From: an uncultured Mollicutes bacterium
Lineage (GTDB): Bacteria; Bacillota_I; Bacilli_A; RFN20; CAG-826
Direction: 5' to 3'
NCBI GenBank assembly: GCA_900540365.1
Contig: UQFN01000003.1
Coordinates: 21,139 to 85,138 of the forward strand
DNA: 64,000 nt
Shown piece by piece: positions 58,253-64,000 of the stretch; within the stretch, counting starts at the first letter, position 1; the number at the start of each line of letters is the position of its first letter. The notes under the pieces were generated by a model, which ran no database searches, was not told where the DNA came from, and saw nothing but the letters and a program-made list of their open reading frames with translations. The position numbers and the translations under genes were made by a program.

Positions 58253-58732
58253 TTAACAAATACAAACTTTTTCGAATTTAGCATTTTTACTCATTAATTG
58301 AGATAAAAATTCTTTATAATAAGCTACTATTTTCCTTGTATAAAGTTCATCTACGTAAATTCTTCCTTCATTTATTAATTCATCGTTTATAATTAGATTT
58401 TTACTTAAACGATGTATTTTATGAATTAAAGCAACATATTTTTCATTATTATTAAACAAATTAATTTTCCCTACATTAATTCCAATTGTATCAATATTTC
58501 TAGATTCTGAAACTATTGGACAAATTATTGTAGTATTATCTTTTTGAGATGAATCTTCTAAAACAATACCTAAAAAATGATTATTATTATAATCTTTAAA
58601 TCTAATTATTTGATTCTTAAATAGTAATAAAATATTTTTATTTTTCCCTATTAAAGAAAAATTTGCCCATTCTAATTGACTTATCAAACGATTGTTATCA
58701 AAAAATACTTTATAAATTACTTCCTTTTTCAT
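58253..58732 (-). CDS. Hypothetical 159-aa protein with weak PemK/MazF-like toxin-fold pattern
   Basis: RBS GAGGTG. The segment GIVLEDSSQKDNTTIICPIVSES...YVALIHKIHRLSKNLI resembles the MazF pattern xLVLSxxxxNxxxxxVIVAPITS...SVALxxQIRTIDKxRL. No adjacent antitoxin ORF. Confidence 0.35.
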   Translation of the reverse strand: MKKEVIYKVFFDNNRLISQLEWANFSLIGKNKNILLLFKNQIIRFKDYNNNHFLGIVLEDSSQKDNTTIICPIVSESRNIDTIGINVGKINLFNNNEKYVALIHKIHRLSKNLIINDELINEGRIYVDELYTRKIVAYYKEFLSQLMSKNAKFEKVCIC

Positions 58733-58823
58733 TTTTCACCTCATTTCGGCTGTAATTAAACGTATAAGGGACCATTTAGTTACAGCCATCTATGGAAAGC
58801 AAGAGGTTAAAACACCCCTTATG
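58733..58823 (-). promoter_or_regulatory. Structured 5' leader (candidate cis-regulatory RNA) of ORF 58253..58732
   Basis: Minus strand hairpins: AAGGGGT-GTTTTA-ACCTCTT (58801-58820) and GGCTGTAAcTAAA-14nt-TTTAaTTACAGCC (58748-58787). ATAAGGG (58816-58822) is complementary to the loop sequence CCCTTAT (58764-58770). Confidence 0.4.
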
Positions 58824-58860
58824 TATACAAGTCGCTTCCAAAATGAATTGTTGGGGGGTA
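58824..58860 (-). promoter_or_regulatory. Bipartite G/C-rich promoter-like motif (copy B)
   Basis: Minus strand TACCCCCCA-N14-AAGCGACTTGTATA, with the same blocks and spacing as 13770..13806. Confidence 0.5.
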
Positions 58861-58867
58861 ATTTTGA

Positions 58868-59647
58868 TTATTTTTTTAAAAAATTTCTTTTTATTAAATA
58901 AATTAAAGAGTCTAAAATGATAAAAATAATTAAAATAATAATGATTAGAGCGTATATATTTACAAATTCGTTATTTGTATATGATAAATATAAAATTCTT
59001 CCTAAACCTTCTAATGTTAAAGAGTTCATAAGTACTTCTGCAGTAATTTCGACTTTTAAAGCTAATCCAAATGAAGTTAAAAAAGAAACAATAATATAAG
59101 GAAAAGCTAATGGAATCATAACTTTAAAAATCGAATTAAAATTATATAATCCTTCAATTCTTAGTGATCTAATAATATTTTCGTCTAAATTATTTATTCC
59201 AGATTTAATTCCTTCATACATAATTGGAAAAATAACCATAAATACAATAATTATCGCTCCAACTAACTTATTAAGAGGTAAATATACAAAGATAATAAAA
59301 ACAAAGCATGGAACTGGAATGCATTTAAATGTAGCAATAATTGGTCTTAATATTAAATCAACTTTTTTAAATAATCCTCCTAAAATGCCAAAAATAAAAG
59401 CAAAAACAAAAGATATTAATAAAGATAATAAAGTTCTTAATAAAGTATATCCAATTCCTGTATAAGTACTTTTTTGACTTAAAAATCTTCCAAAAGCTTG
59501 AAATATTTCATTTAACGAAGGAAAAATAATTGTATTTCCACTAAATAAATGGAGAAATTCTAATATTAAAAGCATTAAAAAAACTCCAATTCCCATAAAG
59601 ACAATTTCGATTAAGTTATTTCTAAGGGTGGAGTTTAATTTCTTCAT
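58868..59647 (-). CDS. ABC transporter permease (NitT/TauT/ThiX-like family)
   Basis: Six TM segments. EAA-type loop NLDENIIRSLRIEGLYNFNSIFKVMIPLAFPYI. Confidence 0.8.
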   Translation of the reverse strand: MKKLNSTLRNNLIEIVFMGIGVFLMLLILEFLHLFSGNTIIFPSLNEIFQAFGRFLSQKSTYTGIGYTLLRTLLSLLISFVFAFIFGILGGLFKKVDLILRPIIATFKCIPVPCFVFIIFVYLPLNKLVGAIIIVFMVIFPIMYEGIKSGINNLDENIIRSLRIEGLYNFNSIFKVMIPLAFPYIIVSFLTSFGLALKVEITAEVLMNSLTLEGLGRILYLSYTNNEFVNIYALIIIILIIFIILDSLIYLIKRNFLKK

Positions 59648-59651
59648 TTAA

Positions 59652-60590
59652 TTATTTTAATATATTTAAGAAAGAATTTATATCATCGATTGTAAAATTT
59701 ACTGCAGGATCAACAATTCCAAATTGATTTGCACCATTATTTTGTAAATTAAACATAATATTTTCATTAAACCCATATCTAGCAGCTTGTGTTTTAAGAT
59801 CTTCGCTATAAGAATGCATAGTTTCTTTAACTTTTGTTGGATTATTTAAGGCATCTGCAAGCATTTGATTAACTTTATTTTTAAAAGCCGCAACTTCATC
59901 TTGATGATTTTCTTTATATGTTTTATTTACAAATAAACCTGCTTGTGGGATGTAATCAACATTATATAATTCTTTAAATTTATCCTTAATGTTAATGTCT
60001 ACTCCATTTTTAACTAAATTATCAAAATCAGAATTACTACTTCTTAAAGAAAATAAAGCTGGTTGAGCAATAAAAATCCAATCAATTTGTTGATTATTTA
60101 CTTTTCCTTCAGCGTCAATACTTTTTAAATAACTACTTAAATCAGTTACAGAAGCAAATAAATTATCCATTGGAGCATCTTGATATAATTTAGTATAAAC
60201 TTTATTAGGAATTAAATTTTTGTTACCAAAACCTACGATATAATCATCATTTGTTGGTACATCATCAAGAGTTTTATTTATTCCAATTAAATGGAAATTA
60301 CCTCCCGTAAGTAAACTAACAAACTCATAATTAGATTTATTTTGATTTTGGAAAGTTATACCATTAATGCTATCAAAAATTAAATATTTATAATTATTTG
60401 CAACAAAATTATCTTTAACTTCGTTTGTGTTAGTTGTAACGATTACTTCATTATTAAGAGCTACTTCTTCATATAAAGCTAAAGTTGGAGCTCCACTTGG
60501 CATTAATAAAAAATTTTCAGGTTCTGAAGTTGATGAACAACCTACAAGTAAAAAACTGCATGCAAAAATTGCTAAAAAACGATTTTTCAT
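59652..60590 (-). CDS. ABC transporter substrate-binding lipoprotein (unknown ligand)
   Basis: Lipobox FLLVGCSS. Size and position next to the permease. Confidence 0.65.
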   Translation of the reverse strand: MKNRFLAIFACSFLLVGCSSTSEPENFLLMPSGAPTLALYEEVALNNEVIVTTNTNEVKDNFVANNYKYLIFDSINGITFQNQNKSNYEFVSLLTGGNFHLIGINKTLDDVPTNDDYIVGFGNKNLIPNKVYTKLYQDAPMDNLFASVTDLSSYLKSIDAEGKVNNQQIDWIFIAQPALFSLRSSNSDFDNLVKNGVDINIKDKFKELYNVDYIPQAGLFVNKTYKENHQDEVAAFKNKVNQMLADALNNPTKVKETMHSYSEDLKTQAARYGFNENIMFNLQNNGANQFGIVDPAVNFTIDDINSFLNILK

Positions 60591-60591
60591 A

Positions 60592-61788
60592 TTATTTAAA
60601 TAACTCCTTAATATTTTCGCCGATCATTGATTGATCTTTATTTAAATTAAAATTAAATAAAATCGAGGCACCAATGTCAGCAAATGAATTTCTTTCAGGT
60701 AAATTTTTACCATCATTAATTGATTTAGAATATATTAATAAAGGGACATTTTCACGGGTATGATCAGTTCCTTTCCAAGTTGGATCATTACCATGATCAG
60801 CTGTAATCATTAATAAATCATCATCTTTCATATTATTAATTAAAACTTTTAATTCTTTATCAAAAGTTTCAATTGCATTACCATAACCAACTGGATTTCT
60901 TCGATGTCCAAATTCACTATCAAATTCAACTAAATTTACAAAGCAAAAACCTTCTTTAAAGTTTTTATCATTAATAATTTCAATAGTTTTTTCCATTCCA
61001 TCAGAATTTGAGGTAGTATGAACGGTTGAAGTTACTCCACAACCATTAAAAATATCATTGATTTTACCAACACATTTTACATCATAATTAGCTTCTTTTA
61101 ATATATCCATTGCAGTAATTCCACTAGGTGAAATCGTATAATCATGACGATTTGATGTACGTTTAAAATTATCTTTATTAGTTCCTATAAATGGACGAGC
61201 AATAACTCTACCTACAAACCATTCAGGTTTTAAAGTTAATTTTCTTGCAATTTCACAACATCTATATAATTCATTTAAACCCATTGTTTCTTCATGTCCA
61301 CAAAGTTGAAGGACACTATCACTACTTGTATAAATAATTAAAGCATTTTCTTTCATGCATTGTTCACCAAGTTGTTTTAAGATCTCAGTGCCACTTGCTG
61401 CATAATTTCCAATTAATTTATGACCAGTTTCTTTTTCTAATTCATCAATTAATTCTTTAGGAAAACCAGTATCGGTAAAAGTTTGGAATGGTTTAGTTGT
61501 TAAAATACCCATCATTTCCCAGTGTCCAGTCATTGTATCTTTACCATTACTTGCTTCTTTTAAAACTAAAGAATAACTATTTTTATGATTAACTTTAGTT
61601 GTTCCCTTAATTTCATCTAAATCTGCAATCCCTAATGAGTTAAGAGTTGGAATATTTAAACCATTTGGAAAATGTTTACTAATATGTTTAAAAGTATTGC
61701 TACCTTCATCACCAAACTTATTAGCATCAAGGGCTTTTCCAATTCCTAAGCTATCCATAACTATTAATATAATTCTTTTAAATTTCAT
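60592..61788 (-). CDS. deoB: Phosphopentomutase
   Basis: VMDSLGIG, TADHGNDPT, alkaline-phosphatase superfamily motifs. Confidence 0.92.
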   Translation of the reverse strand: MKFKRIILIVMDSLGIGKALDANKFGDEGSNTFKHISKHFPNGLNIPTLNSLGIADLDEIKGTTKVNHKNSYSLVLKEASNGKDTMTGHWEMMGILTTKPFQTFTDTGFPKELIDELEKETGHKLIGNYAASGTEILKQLGEQCMKENALIIYTSSDSVLQLCGHEETMGLNELYRCCEIARKLTLKPEWFVGRVIARPFIGTNKDNFKRTSNRHDYTISPSGITAMDILKEANYDVKCVGKINDIFNGCGVTSTVHTTSNSDGMEKTIEIINDKNFKEGFCFVNLVEFDSEFGHRRNPVGYGNAIETFDKELKVLINNMKDDDLLMITADHGNDPTWKGTDHTRENVPLLIYSKSINDGKNLPERNSFADIGASILFNFNLNKDQSMIGENIKELFK

Positions 61789-61816
61789 AATTTTATCTCC
61801 AATACAACATTATAAT

Positions 61817-62704
61817 TTACTTTCTTTTTGAATACAAATCTAAAGCATCTAATATTTTTTTTGTCGATAAATGCGTATAAATTTGTGTTGTTTCGATTTT
61901 TGAATGACCTAATAATTCTTGTACAACTCTTAAGTCTGCTCCGTTTTCAAGTAAATGTGTAGCGAAGCTATGTCTTAATGTATGAGGAGAAATTTTTTTA
62001 TCAATTCCTGCTCTTTTTGCATATTTATTAAGTTCAACAAAAAAATATTGTCTTGTTAAAGGTTTTCCATCTTTTTTATTTATAAATAGATACTTACTTT
62101 TTGAAAAAACTTTATTATTTTTATTTTGACTTAAATAATTATTTAAATATTCAAGAGCTATATAATTAAGTGGAACAAAACGTTCTTTATTTCCTTTTCC
62201 TTTTAAAGTAATTAATTTCTCTTCAAAATTAATTGATCTTTTTTCTAAATTTATTAATTCACTAACACGTAAACCAGCACTATACATTACTAAAACCATA
62301 GTTTTATCACGATATTCAGTTGGTTTTGTTTCATCAAAAACACTTAATAAGTTTTTTATTTCATCTATACTTAAAAAGGTTGGAATATGCTTTTCTTTTT
62401 TTGGTAATATAACTTCTTTAACTAAATTTGTAGCAATCTTTTCATTTTCTAAAAAAAGAAAGAAATTCTTAATTGTAGAAATTCTTCTTGAAATAGTCGA
62501 ACTTTTTAAATCATTTAAAGATTGTTCATAAATAAAATTATCAATTAATTCATCATTTAAATCATCAACAGTTTTAATATTAGGAAAATATTTTAAAAAC
62601 ACTTTAAAATCATCCTTATAATCTGGAATAGTTGATTTAATATTAAGGCCTTCTTCAACCGCTTTATATTCTAAAAAAAGTTCGATAGCATCATTTATAT
62701 CCAT
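61817..62704 (-). CDS. xerD: Tyrosine recombinase XerD/RipX-like
   Basis: RHSFATHLLENGADLRVVQELLGHSKIETTQIYTH catalytic region. 295 aa. Adjacent to deoB as in Bacillus. Confidence 0.8.
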   Translation of the reverse strand: MDINDAIELFLEYKAVEEGLNIKSTIPDYKDDFKVFLKYFPNIKTVDDLNDELIDNFIYEQSLNDLKSSTISRRISTIKNFFLFLENEKIATNLVKEVILPKKEKHIPTFLSIDEIKNLLSVFDETKPTEYRDKTMVLVMYSAGLRVSELINLEKRSINFEEKLITLKGKGNKERFVPLNYIALEYLNNYLSQNKNNKVFSKSKYLFINKKDGKPLTRQYFFVELNKYAKRAGIDKKISPHTLRHSFATHLLENGADLRVVQELLGHSKIETTQIYTHLSTKKILDALDLYSKRK

Positions 62705-62705
62705 A

Positions 62706-63896
62706 TTATTTCTTTAAATCACTTAGCTTTTTAAAAGCTTCTTTATTCATTTCACGATTTAACTCATTTATTATAACAAAAGTTTTGTTTTCTTTTTCTT
62801 GAATTTGATAATTGAATAAGTTTAATTGGGTATTAACTTCATTTTTATTTTTAAAATTTTTTAATGAAAAACCAATTAAACGTATAATTTCGAAATTAAA
62901 ATGTTCTTTAAATAGGTGTAAAGTTTCTTTTAAGATATATTCGTAATTATCTGTATAACTAGAAAAAGTTTTACTAAATGAAGTTTGTTTAAAATGAGTT
63001 TCTGAAGCAGCATCTTTATAATTTATTGTGATAGTTTTAGCAAGTTTTTCTTCTCTTTTTAAAGATTCACAAACCGATTTAACTTCTTTAGTTAAAATAT
63101 CAATAATAATATTTTCTTCATTTGTATCATAATCTAAAGTACGACTCATTCCAATCGATTTAGGATCGTTATCACTTAAATCTATTTGATCATCACTATT
63201 TCCTTCTAATAAATCGCAAATTGATTCACTAAACTTTCCTAGTGTATTTATGAGCTCTGGGTCGTTATTTTTAGCTTTATAATATAAATCACCAATTGTG
63301 TAAATACCAATTTGATTTAATCGTGGAACTGTTTTTCTTCCAACTCCAAAGAAATTTTTAACTGGTAAAGGAAATAAGATTTTTTCAATATCTTTATTTC
63401 TTATAATCGTAATTCCTAAGGGTTTATGAATATCGCTTGCCATTTTAGCAATAAATTTAGTTGTTCCTACTCCAATTGAGCATTTTAAATTTAAATCTTT
63501 AAAAACTCCTTGTTGAATTTCAATCAAAATTGACTTTATATCTTTCTTATTTTTATAAAAATAATCCGTTAAATCCACAAAACATTCATCAATCGACATC
63601 GGTTCTATTTTTGATGAATATTTTTTTAAATAATGAAAAAATTCACGCGATAATAGCTGATAAAAAGGGAAATCTGAATTAATTATCTTAATATTTGGGC
63701 AAAGCATTTTTGCTTGAAAGGTTGGCATTCCACTATGAATGCCGTATTCTCTAGCTTTATATGAACAAGTTGAAACAATACCTCTACGTCCATCACCACC
63801 GACAATAAAAGCTTCATTTTCTAATGAAGGATTTTTGATTTCCTCTGCTCGGCAGAAGAATGCATCCAAGTCGCAGTGAAGAATAATACGTTTCAT
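62706..63896 (-). CDS. dinB: DNA polymerase IV (Y-family)
   Basis: MKRIILHCDLDAFF, SIDECFVD motifs. Confidence 0.9.
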   Translation of the reverse strand: MKRIILHCDLDAFFCRAEEIKNPSLENEAFIVGGDGRRGIVSTCSYKAREYGIHSGMPTFQAKMLCPNIKIINSDFPFYQLLSREFFHYLKKYSSKIEPMSIDECFVDLTDYFYKNKKDIKSILIEIQQGVFKDLNLKCSIGVGTTKFIAKMASDIHKPLGITIIRNKDIEKILFPLPVKNFFGVGRKTVPRLNQIGIYTIGDLYYKAKNNDPELINTLGKFSESICDLLEGNSDDQIDLSDNDPKSIGMSRTLDYDTNEENIIIDILTKEVKSVCESLKREEKLAKTITINYKDAASETHFKQTSFSKTFSSYTDNYEYILKETLHLFKEHFNFEIIRLIGFSLKNFKNKNEVNTQLNLFNYQIQEKENKTFVIINELNREMNKEAFKKLSDLKK

Positions 63897-63903
63897 AATA
63901 CTT

Positions 63904-63936
63904 ATATATTACTATAAATATACTAAATAACTACTA
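63904..63936 (-). repeat. 11-bp-phased TAGTA array (3 units)
   Basis: Minus strand TAGTAGTTATT TAGTATATTTA TAGTAATATAT. The first TAG is the stop of the edge ORF. The array ends 7 nt before the dinB ATG. Confidence 0.8.
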
Positions 63937-64000
63937 TTTTAATTTTTCTAGCTTTTCTTTTGCTTCTTCAATATTTTTTTCAATATCGCTAATTAATGTG
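63934..64000 (-). CDS. 3' end of an unidentified gene running off the window (coiled-coil-like tail)
   Basis: Minus-strand frame is open from nt 64000: ...TLISDIEKNIEEAKEKLEKLK, then TAG TAG. Confidence 0.4.
   Translation of the reverse strand, partial: TLISDIEKNIEEAKEKLEKLK

Noticed and set aside
61817-62704. Tyrosine recombinase as the integrase of a mobile element or prophage
   Set aside because: No flanking phage or IS genes, repeats or tRNA target are present. The 295-aa size, XerD-like catalytic region and position next to deoB match the chromosomal XerD/RipX context.

Overview
Very AT-rich chromosomal segment that uses the standard code. TGA is a stop (fmt ends at 18782-18784, the helicase ORF at 21145-21147) and Trp is TGG. 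It looks like a wall-less or low-GC Bacillota/Mollicutes lineage (Acholeplasma- or Erysipelotrichia-like); I cannot name the species from sequence alone. Almost everything is housekeeping, and the gene order mirrors the Bacillus subtilis yqe-yqf region. The conserved blocks are: comEA-comEC-holA | rpsT; lepA-hemW-hrcA-grpE-dnaK-dnaJ-rsmE-mtaB; rpsU ... ybeY-cdd-era-recO-glyQS-dnaG-sigA-trmK-NIF3-cshB-nfo | ispG; efp; yneF | plsY; parE-parC; yqeG-yqeH-yhbY-nadD/yqeK. On the minus strand lie dinB-xerD-deoB plus an ABC binding protein and permease. The first 13.3 kb is a starch/maltodextrin utilisation locus: an ABC importer, a GH13 amylase, a type I pullulanase, and five lipoproteins including a CBM25/26-like starch binder. 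No rRNA, tRNA, CRISPR, IS element or prophage was recognised. Two ribosomal protein genes too short for the ORF track were found by eye (rpsU 34536..34709, rpmG 47769..47918). The features worth a second look are mostly non-coding or are insertions into the conserved backbone. (1) A dispersed family of exactly 11-bp-phased TAGTA arrays abuts stop codons at seven operon boundaries. (2) A G/C-rich bipartite promoter-like motif (TACCCCCCA-N14-AAGCGNCTTGTATA) is shared by the comEA-comEC operon and an orphan PemK/MazF-like ORF 45 kb away; its downstream half recurs in front of a C39-peptidase/6-TM protein that has no ATPase domain. (3) A roughly 90-nt structured, pseudoknot-capable leader precedes the orphan ORF. 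(4) Several genes have a -10 hexamer 6-8 nt from the ATG and no Shine-Dalgarno, suggesting leaderless mRNAs. (5) Several unusual proteins are present: a PD-(D/E)XK nuclease fused to an XPD/DinG Fe-S helicase, a Fic-fold protein with a degenerate active site, an 843-aa MsmX/MalK ATPase with a ~470-aa C-terminal extension, and a nadD-yqeK fusion. All functional calls rest on motifs read by eye and on synteny; no database search was run.
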